DNA from: an uncultured Solirubrobacteraceae bacterium
Lineage (GTDB): Bacteria > Actinomycetota > Thermoleophilia > Solirubrobacterales > Solirubrobacteraceae
Assembly (NCBI GenBank): GCA_963830595.1
Contig: CAWHMQ010000002.1
Coordinates: 16,864 to 80,863 of the forward strand
DNA length: 64,000 bases
Reading direction: 5' to 3'
Position numbers and translations under genes: made by a program. Of the stretch, positions 45,227 through 57,456 are shown piece after piece. The notes under the pieces were generated by a model. It was given only the letters and a program-made list of their open reading frames with translations. It ran no database searches and had not been told where the DNA came from. How positions within the stretch are numbered: the first letter of the stretch is position 1; each line of letters starts with the position of its first letter.

Positions 45227-45892
45227 TCACCCCGGCGAACTGATCCGGTAGCCCACGCCGGGCGTCGTGTGGATCAGCGCCGGCGGTCCCAGCTTGCGCC
45301 GGAGGCGGCCGATCGTGACCTGGACGGTCTTGGTGAAAGGATCGGCGTTCTCGTCCCAGACGGCGTGCAGCAGGGCCTCGGCGCTCAGATACGCCGGCTG
45401 GGCCCTGAGCAGCGCCTCGAGCACGCCGAACTCCTTCGCCGACAGGTCCAGGTCGCGGCCGTCGCGTACGGCGGCGTGGCGCAGGGGATCGAGCTCGATG
45501 CCCGGCGCGCGCAGGACCCGTCCGCGGGCACCGGGCCGCCGCCGAGCCAGCGAGCGCACCCGCAGCACCAGCTCCGGGAAGTGAAATGGCTTGACCAGGT
45601 AGTCGTCGGCGCCGAGCGTGAGCCCGGCGACGCGATCGCCGGGCGTGTCGGCCGCGGTGAGCATAAGCACCATCGCCGGGTGCTCGGTGTCGGCGATCAT
45701 CCGGCACAGCGTGTCGCCGTGGATGCCCGGGAGATCGCGGTCGAGCACGACCACGTCGTAGGCGATCAGGTTGAGCTTGCCGGCCGCATCCACGCCGTCG
45801 TAGGCGACGTCGACGGCCATCCCCTGGTCACGCAGGCCCTCGGCGATGTCGTCGGCGAGCCGGCGGACGTCCTCGACCACCAGGATCCTCAT
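45227..45892 (-). CDS. OmpR/PhoB-family response regulator
   Basis: The receiver is MRILVVEDV...VVVLDRDLPG...DDYLVKPF. The winged helix is LSAKEFGVLEALL...VQVTIGRLRRKL. Confidence 0.92.
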   Translation of the reverse strand: MRILVVEDVRRLADDIAEGLRDQGMAVDVAYDGVDAAGKLNLIAYDVVVLDRDLPGIHGDTLCRMIADTEHPAMVLMLTAADTPGDRVAGLTLGADDYLVKPFHFPELVLRVRSLARRRPGARGRVLRAPGIELDPLRHAAVRDGRDLDLSAKEFGVLEALLRAQPAYLSAEALLHAVWDENADPFTKTVQVTIGRLRRKLGPPALIHTTPGVGYRISSPG

Positions 45893-47178
45893 GATGACGG
45901 TCTCCCGACCGGCAGCTGGATCGTCACCCGCAGCCCGCCGCCCGGATGGGGCTCCAGCGAGACCGACCCACCGTGGGCCTGGGCGATCGCGGTGACGATC
46001 GAGAGGCCGAGCCCGACGCCGTGGTCCGAGCCCGTGCGCGAGCCGGCGACGCGGTGAAACGGCATCCCCAGCTCGCGAGCCTGGGAATTGACGAGCGGCT
46101 GGCCGCCGCTGTCGACGATCACGCTGGCGACGGCCCCATCGACGCCCGTACGCACCGTGAGCCAGCCCGCCGGCCGGTTGTGGCGGACGGCGTTGTCGAC
46201 GACGTTGCCGACCATCCGGGACAAAAGCGTCCGGTTGCCGCGCACCGGTGCGGCGCCTAGCGCCTCCTCGACGGTCAGCCCGCGCTCGGCGATCGCGTCG
46301 CGCTGGGCGTCCAGCGCGTCATCCACAAGGCGCTTCAGCGAAACGGTGGCCCGGTCGGCGAGCGCCCCGTTCTGGGCGCGAGCCAGGGTGAGAAAGCCCT
46401 CCACCAGCCGATCGGCCTGGTCGAGGCCCTGGCGCAGCTTGTGGTCAAGGGCTGTCAGCTCCGGCGGCGGCCGCTCCGGCTTGCCGGCGGCCACGTCAAG
46501 CGAGGTGCGCATCATCGCCAGCGGCGTGCGCAGCTCGTGGGAGGCATTGGCCACGAATCGCCGCTGCGCCTCGAACGCCGCCTCCAGCCGGGCCAGCAGG
46601 CCATCGATCGTGTCAGCCAGGTCCTTGAGCTCGTCGCTGGGTCCCTCGAGCGCGAGGCGTTGATGCAGGTTGTCCTCCGAGATGCGCTGGGTCGCGGCGG
46701 TCATCGTGCGCAGCGGCTCGAGCACGCGGCCGGCCAGCCACCAGCCGAGCATCAGCGAGACCACGGCCATGATCGCCAGGGCGAGCCCGGACTCGATCAG
46801 CAGCTGGTGCAGCTCGCGGCCGTGCTCTGCCTGGGCGTCCCGGGTCGCCTGCGTGCGGAGGGCAGCGGCCTGAGCCAGCATCTGCGCGGGGGACGCCGGC
46901 CTCCCGGCCAGACCGTGAGGACTCGCTCCCCGGAACTGATCGCGGACGAACAGGAAGTTTCCGGTCGAGTTGTCCACCAGGACGTAGGTGATCGTCAGCA
47001 GCGCCGCCCCCGAGACGATGAACAGACCGCCATACAGGAGCGTGAGCCGGAGCCGCACGGTCCGCCGGGGGAGCTGGGGACGGAACGCCAGGCGATACAA
47101 GCCACGAGCCACCCGGCCGCGTGGCCGGCTGAGTGGCGAACGCCCGGCGCTCGCTTCCGGTGGCCGTGATCCGTTCAT
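45889..47178 (-). CDS. Sensor histidine kinase (2 TM, HAMP, HisKA, HATPase_c)
   Basis: H-box FVANASHELRTPLA, N-box VDNAVRHN, G-box GVGLGLSIV. The stop overlaps the RR start (ATGA). Confidence 0.9.
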   Translation of the reverse strand: MNGSRPPEASAGRSPLSRPRGRVARGLYRLAFRPQLPRRTVRLRLTLLYGGLFIVSGAALLTITYVLVDNSTGNFLFVRDQFRGASPHGLAGRPASPAQMLAQAAALRTQATRDAQAEHGRELHQLLIESGLALAIMAVVSLMLGWWLAGRVLEPLRTMTAATQRISEDNLHQRLALEGPSDELKDLADTIDGLLARLEAAFEAQRRFVANASHELRTPLAMMRTSLDVAAGKPERPPPELTALDHKLRQGLDQADRLVEGFLTLARAQNGALADRATVSLKRLVDDALDAQRDAIAERGLTVEEALGAAPVRGNRTLLSRMVGNVVDNAVRHNRPAGWLTVRTGVDGAVASVIVDSGGQPLVNSQARELGMPFHRVAGSRTGSDHGVGLGLSIVTAIAQAHGGSVSLEPHPGGGLRVTIQLPVGRPSS

Positions 47179-47244
47179 CGCCTCGAAGTCGGCCCGCCCG
47201 GCGCAACAGCGCGGGGCGGGCGGTCACCAGGATGCCTGACGGAA

Positions 47245-47285
47245 GGTAACAGCGGGGTAACGGCGGCCGTTGCGGTGCTGTTGCC
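47245..47285. promoter_or_regulatory. 41-nt imperfect palindrome of four GGYAAC-type half-sites at 11-bp phasing (candidate response-regulator site)
   Basis: The sequence is GGTAACAGCGGGGTAACGGC-G-GCCGTTGCGGTGCTGTTGCC. It lies in the divergent region between the HK/RR operon and the lipoprotein-MacB operon. The core AACGGC-G-GCCGTT is perfect. Confidence 0.45.
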
Positions 47286-47347
47286 CTCGGGTTCGTACAA
47301 CTGGGCCTCAGGCACCGCAGCAACCACTTCAAGGAGGCCGAGCAGGC

Positions 47348-47953
47348 ATGAATTCCAGACACAACCCCAGATCGGTAGAGCGCGCTCCGGCGCGGCCGCG
47401 GTGGATCCCGGCCGTCGTCGTGGTGGCGGTGGTTGCGGCGGCGATCGCCGGCTGCGGCGGCTCATCTGCGACCAACTCGGTGGCGGCCGTCGGAGCCTCG
47501 ACGTCGGCGGCAGCGAGCGCCGCGCCCGTCTCCGGGTCGCCGGCCCCCACCGTCCAGGACAGTGCCAAGCTCGTCAAGTACGCGCAGTGCATGCGCTCGC
47601 ACGGCGTGCCGGGCTTCCCGGACCCGGTCGGCGGCCGGTTGACCCTCAGGGTCACTCCGGCGACCGCCGGGGCCCTGAACCCCGATTCCCCAGCGTTCAA
47701 GGCGGCCGCGCAGGACTGCAAATCACTGGCTCCGGCCGGGCTGGGGCAGGGGGCAACCGCGAGCCCCCAGGTGCAGGCGCAGGCGCTGAAGTTCTCGAGG
47801 TGCATGCGCTCGCACGGCGTGCCGGGCTTCCCGGACCCGTCGTTCTCCGGAGGCGGGGTGCGGATCCGCGTGCATGGCATCGATCCCAACTCCCCGGCGT
47901 TCCAGAAGGCGCAGCAGACCTGCAGCTCGCTGGTCCCCGGAGGCGCGCCGTGA
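47348..47953 (+). CDS. Lipoprotein with duplicated CMRSHGVPGFPDP module
   Basis: The ATG is preceded by AAGGAGG. The lipobox is VVAAAIAGCGG. Two copies of (Y/F)xxCMRSHGVPGFPDP lie 71 codons apart. Confidence 0.8.
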   Translation: MNSRHNPRSVERAPARPRWIPAVVVVAVVAAAIAGCGGSSATNSVAAVGASTSAAASAAPVSGSPAPTVQDSAKLVKYAQCMRSHGVPGFPDPVGGRLTLRVTPATAGALNPDSPAFKAAAQDCKSLAPAGLGQGATASPQVQAQALKFSRCMRSHGVPGFPDPSFSGGGVRIRVHGIDPNSPAFQKAQQTCSSLVPGGAP

Positions 47954-49089
47954 GCCGCCGGGCGCGTCTGGTGGGGGGCGGCGCGTGGTCCGTCAGCCGT
48001 CGAGGCCGCGTGCTGGGCGCCGGTGGTGTGCTGGCGGTCGCCGCCGGGCTGGTGCTGGCGTTCGCGGGACTGCCGTTCGGAGGTTCGGCCGGCCAGGCGC
48101 GGGCCGGGGTGACCGACAACTCCGCTCCCGCCTCGCTCGCCTCGGTGACCGAGGGACCGCTTTCCTCCCAGGTCGACCAGAGCGGGACGCTCGGCTACGC
48201 CGCGCAGGCCGACGGGTCGCCCTACACGGTGATCGGCCAGGCCAGGGGGATGTTCACGTGGCTGCCGGATCCCGGCCACGTGATTCCCTGCGGCGGCGTC
48301 CTGTACCGCGTCTCCGACGAGCCGGTGGTGCTGCTGTGCGGCTCGACGCCGTCCTACCGGGCGCTGGCGGAGGGTGACAGCGGGCCGGACGTGACCGAGC
48401 TGAACCGCAACCTGGTCAAGCTCGGCTATGCCACTCCGGCGCAGCTCGATCCCGGCTCGGACTACTTCGCCTCCGCCACGGCCGCCGCACTGGAGCGGCT
48501 GCAGGACGCGCTCGGGATCGACGCGACCGGGTCGCTGGCGCTCGGCCAGGCGATCTTCGCACCGGGCCCGCTGCGAATCAGCCAGGTGACGGCCACGCTC
48601 GGCGCCGCCGCCGCTCCGGGCGCGCCCGTGGCCCAGGCCACCTCCACCGCCCGCCAGGTGCAGGTCGCCCTCGACGCCTCGCAGCAGTCAGGCGTCGCGC
48701 GCGGCGACCGCGTGTCGATCACGTTGCCCGACGGTCAGGTCACGCCCGGCCGGGTTACGCGGATCGGCACCGTGGCGAGCGCGGGCGCGAGCGGCGCGAC
48801 GATCCCGGTGTATGTGACGCTGGCCCATCCCCGAGCGGCCGGCAGCCTGGACGCGGCGCCCGTCCAGGTCCAGATCACGGTCGGCGGCGTGGCCCGGGCG
48901 CTGATCGCGCCGGTCGATGCGCTGCTGGCGCTGGCCGGTGGCGGCTACGCGCTGGAGACGGTCGACGCTCGCGGTGTCCACCGGCTCGTCGCCGTCACGG
49001 TCGGCCTGTTCGACGATGCCGACGGACTGGTCCAGGTTTCGGGTTCGGACCTTCGGCCCGGTCTGCGGATCGTGGTGCCCTCGACGTGA
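47950..49089 (+). CDS. Peptidoglycan-binding domain / HlyD-like periplasmic adaptor protein
   Basis: The in-frame GTG overlaps the upstream stop (GTGA). It has an N-terminal TM, a PG_binding_1-like segment [19 protein letters not shown]...[16 protein letters not shown], and a beta-barrel adaptor-like C-terminus. Confidence 0.8.
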   Translation: MSRRARLVGGGAWSVSRRGRVLGAGGVLAVAAGLVLAFAGLPFGGSAGQARAGVTDNSAPASLASVTEGPLSSQVDQSGTLGYAAQADGSPYTVIGQARGMFTWLPDPGHVIPCGGVLYRVSDEPVVLLCGSTPSYRALAEGDSGPDVTELNRNLVKLGYATPAQLDPGSDYFASATAAALERLQDALGIDATGSLALGQAIFAPGPLRISQVTATLGAAAAPGAPVAQATSTARQVQVALDASQQSGVARGDRVSITLPDGQVTPGRVTRIGTVASAGASGATIPVYVTLAHPRAAGSLDAAPVQVQITVGGVARALIAPVDALLALAGGGYALETVDARGVHRLVAVTVGLFDDADGLVQVSGSDLRPGLRIVVPST

Positions 49090-49787
49090 GCGAGCCGGCG
49101 ATGGAGCTCGAGGTCGTCACCAAGCGCTACGGCGCCGACCCGCCGGTGGCCGCGCTGCGCGGCGTCAGCCTGACGATCGAGTCCGGCGAGCTGGTGGCGA
49201 TCACCGGTCCGTCGGGGTCGGGCAAGACGACGCTGCTGCACATCATGGGCACCCTCGAGCGGCCAAGCGCCGGCACCGTCCGGGTCGCCGGTGTCGACAT
49301 CGCAACGCTCGACGATCGCCGGCTGGCGGCGCTGCGAGCGCGCCGCATCGGATTCGTCTTTCAGCAGTTCTTCCTGGCCGAGCACTCGAGCGCGCTGGAG
49401 AACGTCGCCGACGGGCTCCTGTACGCCGGCGTCGGGGCCGGCGAGCGGCGGGAGCGAGCGGCGCACGCGCTCGCCCAGGTCGGGCTGCAGCATCGACTGG
49501 GCTTTCGTCCGTCCAAGCTCTCAGGCGGTGAGCGCCAGCGGGTGGCCATCGCCCGCGCCTTGGTGGGCCGGCCGGCGATCGTGCTCGCCGATGAGCCCAC
49601 CGGAAACCTGGACAGCGTCAGCGGCCGGGCGACGATCGAGCTGCTCGAGCAGCTCAACGCGGCCGGGGCGACGATCGTCGTGATCACCCACGATCGTGAC
49701 CTGGCCGACCGTCTGCCGCGCCGGATCCAGATCCTCGACGGTCTGATCACGGTCGACACGCCGCCGCTCGAAACCGGGGTGGTCTGA
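49086..49787 (+). CDS. MacB/LolD-type ABC transporter ATP-binding protein
   Basis: [42 protein letters not shown]. Confidence 0.92.
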   Translation: MSEPAMELEVVTKRYGADPPVAALRGVSLTIESGELVAITGPSGSGKTTLLHIMGTLERPSAGTVRVAGVDIATLDDRRLAALRARRIGFVFQQFFLAEHSSALENVADGLLYAGVGAGERRERAAHALAQVGLQHRLGFRPSKLSGGERQRVAIARALVGRPAIVLADEPTGNLDSVSGRATIELLEQLNAAGATIVVITHDRDLADRLPRRIQILDGLITVDTPPLETGVV

Positions 49788-49805
49788 GTAAACGCGGGCG
49801 CCGGA

Positions 49806-51023
49806 TTGGAGTCGACCCGCTTGCGGGGCGCCGACCTGGTGCGCGTCGCCAGCGTGGGCATTCGCACCCGGCGGGTGCGAGCCGCCCTGTCGGCGCTCGG
49901 GATCGCGATCGGGGTCGCGGCGATCGTTGCCGTGCTGGGCCTGTCCTCGTCCTCGCAGGCCGGGCTGCTGGGCGAGATCGATCGGCTGGGCACGAACCTG
50001 CTCACGGTCAGCCAGGGCCAGACGTTCACCGGTCAGGCGGCCCCGCTGCCACTGATGGCGCCCGCGATGGTGGCGCGGATCGGTCCGGTCACCGCGGTGG
50101 CTGACACCGCCGCGATCGCCGGCGCGAGCGTGTACCGCAGCCGTCTGATCCCGAGCGTCGATACCAATGCGCTGCAGGTGCAGGCGGCCAGCCTCAACCT
50201 GCTGCCCGCGGTCGGCACTTCGGTCGCGGCCGGGCGTTACCTGAACGCCGCCACCGCCGCCGAGCCGGTCACGGTGCTGGGCGCGGCCGCGGCCCAGCGC
50301 CTGGGCATCGACCGCGTCTACCCGAACGAGCGGGTGTGGCTCGGCGGGCAGTGGTTCTACGTGGCGGGCATCCTGAGACCGGCGGTGCTCGCGCCCGAGA
50401 TCGACGACAGCGCGCTCGTCGGCTACCCCGCCGGGTCGCGCTTCCTCGGCTACTCCGGCCAGCTCGCCGGCCGCATCACCACGGGCAGCCCGACGACGGT
50501 CTACGTTCGCGCGCAGACCAGCCAGGTCGGCGCGGTCCAGTCGGTGCTGGCCCAGACCGCCAACCCCGAGAATCCCAACGAGGTCGACGTGAGTCAGCCG
50601 TCCGCGGCGCTCGTCGCCCGCGCCGACGCCCAGAGCGCGCTCAACGGCCTGTTCCTCTCACTGGGCGCCGTCGCGCTGCTGGTCGGCGCGGTCGGCGTCG
50701 CCAACATCATGATCATCTCCGTGCTCGAGCGCCGTTCGGAGATCGGTCTGCGCCGGGCGCTCGGCGCCACCCGGGGGCAGATCCGGATGCAATTCCTGTC
50801 CGAGGCGATCCTGCTGGCGCTGCTCGGCGGCGCCGCCGGCGTCGGCGCGGGCGTCCTCGCCACCCTCGTGTACGCATCGACCCGGGGTTGGGCGGTGGTC
50901 ATCCCGACGGTGGCCTGGGTCGGCGGCATCGGCGCCGCGGTCGCGATCGGCGGCCTGGCCGGCATCCTGCCCGCGTTGCGCGCCGCCCGCCTGTCGCCGA
51001 CCGAGTCGCTGCGCACCGCATGA
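49806..51023 (+). CDS. MacB-like ABC permease (MacB periplasmic core + FtsX domain)
   Basis: 405 aa. LVRVASVGIRTRRVRAALSALGIAIGVAAIVAV is the typical first TM. The C-terminal FtsX module is ERRSEIGLRRALGATRGQIRMQFLSEAILL. The start codon is TTG. Confidence 0.9.
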   Translation: MESTRLRGADLVRVASVGIRTRRVRAALSALGIAIGVAAIVAVLGLSSSSQAGLLGEIDRLGTNLLTVSQGQTFTGQAAPLPLMAPAMVARIGPVTAVADTAAIAGASVYRSRLIPSVDTNALQVQAASLNLLPAVGTSVAAGRYLNAATAAEPVTVLGAAAAQRLGIDRVYPNERVWLGGQWFYVAGILRPAVLAPEIDDSALVGYPAGSRFLGYSGQLAGRITTGSPTTVYVRAQTSQVGAVQSVLAQTANPENPNEVDVSQPSAALVARADAQSALNGLFLSLGAVALLVGAVGVANIMIISVLERRSEIGLRRALGATRGQIRMQFLSEAILLALLGGAAGVGAGVLATLVYASTRGWAVVIPTVAWVGGIGAAVAIGGLAGILPALRAARLSPTESLRTA

Positions 51024-51055
51024 GCGACCGCTGGCCGCTGGCCGCTGGTGCAGTT

Positions 51056-52114
51056 TCAGGCCGAACCGATCTCGATCACGACCTTGACATCGTCCTCCTG
51101 GCTGGTCAGCGCATCCTCGTAGCGCTCCAGCGGCACGCGCCGGCTGATCAGGCGCTCCAGCCAGTCGCGGTCGGCCGCCGCCAGCGCCTCCGCGGCGGCC
51201 TCGTAGTGGCGGTGGTTGGCGTTGACCGAGCCGACCACGACATTGTTCTGCAACACCAGGTCACGGTCGATCGATCCGGCGTCGATCGTCAGCGTGCGCC
51301 CGGCCGGCGACAGGCCGGTCAGGCAGACGATGCCGCCCGGCGCCAGGTGGTCCATCGCGTCGAACACGAGCTGGCCGACGCCGGTCGCCTCGAGAATCGC
51401 ATCCGCGCCGGTGACCCCGACCACGTCGGCGATGTCGCCGGTGTGGTAGGTGGCGCCGAGATCCGCGACCAGCGCCGGCTTGGGTCCGGCGGTGACCTGG
51501 TCGAGCACATGAACCTCGAGACCGTGCTGAACGCCGAGCATCGCGCCGAGCAGCCCGATCGGCCCGGCACCGGTGACCAGCAGCCGAACGGCGCGAAAGC
51601 CCGTCAGCGCGGAGATCTGCTCGATCCGCTGCACCGCCTTGGCCATGATCGTGGTCGGCTCCATCAGCATCCCCACCGACCGCAGCGCCGGATCAAGCTT
51701 GATGCAGTAGTCGCTCTCGACCCGCCAGCGCTCCGAGCCGAACCCATCCAGCTCCTTGATCCCGCGCTCGCGATAGCGGCCATTGCGGCACATGTCGAAC
51801 TCGCCGCGGCCGCACGCCGCGCATGGCACCGGGTCCGGCCGGCGCACGATCCCGACCACCAAATCGCCGGGCGCGAAATCGCCGTCCGGGGGCGCCTCGC
51901 GGACCACGCCCAACGACTCGTGGCCGAGCACGAGCCGCTCGTGGCCCGGAGGCGCGATGCCGTACTCGCCGGCGAGGATCTCGCGGTCGGTTCCGCACAC
52001 CCCGAGGGCCAAGGCCTCGACCAGCACGTCGCCCTGATCGAGCCCCGGCTCGTCCACTTCGATCACCGCTGCCGACCCACGCCGACCCGGGGTCACCGTC
52101 AACGCGCGCATCAT
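51056..52114 (-). CDS. Zn-dependent medium-chain dehydrogenase (glucose 1-dehydrogenase/threonine dehydrogenase-like)
   Basis: The catalytic Zn motif is GVCGTDREILAGEYG...GHESLG. The structural Zn cysteines are PCAACGRGEFDMC. The Rossmann motif is VTGAGPIGLL. Confidence 0.88.
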   Translation of the reverse strand: MMRALTVTPGRRGSAAVIEVDEPGLDQGDVLVEALALGVCGTDREILAGEYGIAPPGHERLVLGHESLGVVREAPPDGDFAPGDLVVGIVRRPDPVPCAACGRGEFDMCRNGRYRERGIKELDGFGSERWRVESDYCIKLDPALRSVGMLMEPTTIMAKAVQRIEQISALTGFRAVRLLVTGAGPIGLLGAMLGVQHGLEVHVLDQVTAGPKPALVADLGATYHTGDIADVVGVTGADAILEATGVGQLVFDAMDHLAPGGIVCLTGLSPAGRTLTIDAGSIDRDLVLQNNVVVGSVNANHRHYEAAAEALAAADRDWLERLISRRVPLERYEDALTSQEDDVKVVIEIGSA

Positions 52115-52220
52115 CTTCCGATCACCGGATCAAGCTGAGACCGTAGTCGATCAGCCGACCGATGACGAAGTCGCTGCCGGTCCTCATGCGCTGGGCATCG
52201 TGATTGCGCTCGCGAACTCT

Positions 52221-54335
<2,115 letters not shown>

Positions 54336-54487
54336 TCACCCTCACCCGACACGGATCTCTGAGACGTTCCCACCTGGCCGTCATTACAGCAAACAGACCG
54401 GAGTTGGCCCGGGCTTGGTCGAGGCTGTCGAGGCCTCCGCCGATGGGCGTGGTGTAGCCCGCCAGTGCGCCGCGGAACCCGGAGCTC

Positions 54488-55570
54488 TCATTTGCCCAAC
54501 CGGCGCGACACCTCGCCGATGACCGCCCGAGCGCCTGCTCCGAGCCGGCGCACCACGTCGGCCGCGGGCTCTTCGCGGGCCAGCGGATACGCCTGTCCCG
54601 CCCACAGGTTCACCGCCTCGCGGTCACCGGCCTTCCGCGCCGCGACACGTATCGGCGTGGTCAGGTGATGGACGTCCGGATAGGCGAGCGGCGCGTCGTC
54701 ACCGTGCTCGCGCATGAACCGGTTGACGATCCCACGGGCTTGGCGCCCGCTGAACGCCCGCGTCAGCCGCGTCGCGGCCGGCCCGGCCAGCGCTTCCCGA
54801 TGCGGAGCCGAGGTCCCTGCCTCCGGCGTCAGCATCAGCGCGGTGCCGATCTGCGCAGCCACGGCACCCGCACACAGCACCGCCGCGACCCCGTCGCCAT
54901 CCGCGATCCCGCCCGCGGCGATCAGCGGAAGATCCACGGCCGCGTCGACCAGGCGCAGCGCCGCGAGCAGCCCGAGATCCTCGGCGCCGGAACCGTCTTC
55001 GAAGTAGCCGCGATGGCCACCGGCCTCGAATCCCTGGACGACGAGCGCACCCGCTCCGGCGTCGCGCGCCCGCACCGCCTCAGCCGGGCCGGTGACAGTC
55101 ACCCATACGTCGCAGCCCGCGGCCTGCAGCCGCGCGATGTCCGCTGGCGCCGGGCAGCCGAACGTGAACGAGACCACCGCCACCCGCTCGGCGACGAGCA
55201 GGTCTAGCTTCGCGCTGTAGTCGTCGTCGTCGTGCCGCGGGACCCCGAGCTCGACGCCGTACCGGTCCGCTTCGGGATGAAGCGCGCTCGCGTATTGCTC
55301 GACGGGTCCACGCTCTGGTCGAGCCGCGGGCGGGGCGAACACGTTGACGCCGAACGGCCCATCGATCAGAGAGCGCAGCTGACGGATGTCCCCCCGGACC
55401 GAGTCCGCCGTCTTGTAACCGGCCGCCAGCAGCCCGAACCCGCCTGCCTGTGAGACCGCGGCCGCCAGCCTCGGCGTTGATGCTCCCCCCGCAAGCGGGG
55501 CCTGGATGATCGGCTCACGAAGGCGTTTGAGGTTCACGGGCGAGTGGTGCCCGGCATGAGGCAGTGCCAA
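54488..55570 (-). CDS. Nitronate monooxygenase (NMO / 2-nitropropane dioxygenase family)
   Basis: IIQAPLAGGASTPRLAAAVSQAGGFG and PLIAAGGIADGDGVAAVLCAGAVAAQIGTA are the FMN-binding TIM barrel motifs. Confidence 0.88.
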   Translation of the reverse strand: MALPHAGHHSPVNLKRLREPIIQAPLAGGASTPRLAAAVSQAGGFGLLAAGYKTADSVRGDIRQLRSLIDGPFGVNVFAPPAARPERGPVEQYASALHPEADRYGVELGVPRHDDDDYSAKLDLLVAERVAVVSFTFGCPAPADIARLQAAGCDVWVTVTGPAEAVRARDAGAGALVVQGFEAGGHRGYFEDGSGAEDLGLLAALRLVDAAVDLPLIAAGGIADGDGVAAVLCAGAVAAQIGTALMLTPEAGTSAPHREALAGPAATRLTRAFSGRQARGIVNRFMREHGDDAPLAYPDVHHLTTPIRVAARKAGDREAVNLWAGQAYPLAREEPAADVVRRLGAGARAVIGEVSRRLGK

Positions 55571-55640
55571 TCGGATTGCTCGTCGCAGCGCGTGTGATGA
55601 TGCCTGCCCGGCTTACTGAAAACGACGAGAGGAGCGCTCA

Positions 55641-56045
55641 ATGCCGCTGGTCACGATCGATCTGCTCGAAGGACGTCCGGCGGCGGAGCTGGACTTGATC
55701 TGCGACGCGGTTCACCAGGTGATGGTCGCCCAGCTCGATGTCCCCGAGCGCGACCGTTTCCAGGTCATCACCGAACATCGCAGCAGCACGCTTCGCTTCG
55801 ACCGCCACTACCTCGACATCGCACGCAGCGAACGGTTCGTGCTCGTACGTCTAACCCTCGCGGCCGGCCGCACCACCGCCGCCAAACAGGCGTTCTACCG
55901 CCTCCTGGCCGAGCTGCTTACAGATCGCATCGGGCTGCCGATCGAAGACCTTGCCGTGATCATGGTCGAGAACGGGCGCGAGGACTGGTCGTTCGGGCGC
56001 GGGCAGGCCAGCTATCTCGAGCTGCCGCCCGAGAAGTGGCGGTAG
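55641..56045 (+). CDS. Tautomerase superfamily protein (Pro-1)
   Basis: MPLVTIDLLEGR places the catalytic Pro at position 2. The 134-aa size fits the long tautomerase subgroup. Confidence 0.75.
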   Translation: MPLVTIDLLEGRPAAELDLICDAVHQVMVAQLDVPERDRFQVITEHRSSTLRFDRHYLDIARSERFVLVRLTLAAGRTTAAKQAFYRLLAELLTDRIGLPIEDLAVIMVENGREDWSFGRGQASYLELPPEKWR

Positions 56046-56314
56046 CGCGTCCCGCCCTTACACCCCGCCCATCGAAGTGGTAACCCGATATTCGGTCCTC
56101 GCCGCCGACTTGCACACGCGTCACACTGTCGTATGGAATAACCAACGCGCCGCGGCAGCGGCGCCTTGGTCGCTGTCGGGTACTGGTGAGCGGGGGTCAG
56201 ACCGGAATCGAGCGGCGCCGGCCGCGGGCGTGGCACGACCGGCGCCGCTGGTGGCGGGTGGGGGAGCCGCCGGATCCCGCAGCGCGGCAGGAAGCGCTGC
56301 GGGGTCACGCGGCT

Positions 56315-56683
56315 CTAACCGCGCTGCGCGGCCGCGACGAACGGGAGGACCTCGCTCAGCCGGCAGATCTCAAACAGCCGCTGCACCGCCCGGGGGCCGG
56401 GCACGATCGTCAGTCCGACACTCTCGTGCTGCGCGCGCTCGTGGAGCTCGATGACGACGTGCAGGCCGCTTGAGTCGATGAAGCTCACTTGGCTGAGATC
56501 GAGTATGAGCGATACGGGGCTGCGGCCCAGAGCCTCGCGGATCGTCGCCCGCGTCGCCGGCTGTTCGGCCAGACCCCACTCGCCCGTGAGCGCGATCGTG
56601 GTTGCGCTGTCCCGCTCACTCACCACGATCTCGAGCGCCTCGGGATCGAGTTCAGGGATGAGCTCTACGGCGGTCTGGGTCAC
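56315..56683 (-). CDS. STAS-domain anti-sigma factor antagonist
   Basis: 122 aa. LILDLSQVSFIDSSGLHVVIELHERA carries the conserved phospho-Ser context (DSSG). Confidence 0.85.
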   Translation of the reverse strand: MTQTAVELIPELDPEALEIVVSERDSATTIALTGEWGLAEQPATRATIREALGRSPVSLILDLSQVSFIDSSGLHVVIELHERAQHESVGLTIVPGPRAVQRLFEICRLSEVLPFVAAAQRG

Positions 56684-56983
56684 GACTCACCTGCACGGAT
56701 TGCTACTTGTCGTAGAGGAGTCGATCGCCCGACACGAGCCTCGGCCACCATCCTCGTTGGTGCGAGAGCGTCGCGGGACATGGCCCGCTGAGCCCATCGA
56801 CAGGGTATCAAGCGTGGTTGGCCCGAGGACGCCCATGAAAGATGTCCCGCGTGCCATAGTGGGTCTGCTGCTCAGACGCGCCCCCCGCGTCTGGAAGCCA
56901 TCTTGCGCCACCGGCGGTCCCGCCGTCTTTCCCTCTTCCCGGCGCGGGACCTACCCTCAGGGAAAGGCGAGAAGCGAGTCGCA

Positions 56984-57448
56984 GTGAGCGACCAGACTGA
57001 GCCGGAGCGCTCCGCAAGCAGCTCTCCATACCTAGCAATATCAACCGCGATCGTCAGGATGTTGCGCGAATACACCGGTCGCGGTCCCACCAAAGCCCGG
57101 ACTTCGATCCGCCACAACGTCGTCGTGGTGATGCTCGAGCAGACGCTGACCAAGGGTGAGCAGGTCCTGGTCGACAAAGGCCGCGGCGAGAACGTGCTCG
57201 CGCTCCGGCACGAGTATCAGGAAGCGATGCGCGAGGAGAGCAGCGCCAAGGTCTCAGAGCTCACGGGCCGAAACGTAGTCGCGATGATGAGCGCTAATCA
57301 CCTCGACCCTGACCTGGGCGTCGAGATCTACGTCCTCGACGGCGCGCCCGACCATCGGCTGGGCTTTGACCCGCCGGCCGACTCTCGGGCGCTCGGCGAC
57401 GGCGATCCCGGTCCCGTCCCAGAACGACCGGCCGAGGACGCCGTATGA
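56984..57448 (+). CDS. DUF2294 (MpsC-like) domain protein
   Basis: An in-frame GTG lies inside raw ORF 56903..57448. ISTAIVRMLREYTGRGPTKARTSI matches the DUF2294 N-terminal signature. Confidence 0.72.
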   Translation: MSDQTEPERSASSSPYLAISTAIVRMLREYTGRGPTKARTSIRHNVVVVMLEQTLTKGEQVLVDKGRGENVLALRHEYQEAMREESSAKVSELTGRNVVAMMSANHLDPDLGVEIYVLDGAPDHRLGFDPPADSRALGDGDPGPVPERPAEDAV

Positions 57449-57456
57449 GAGCGTTC

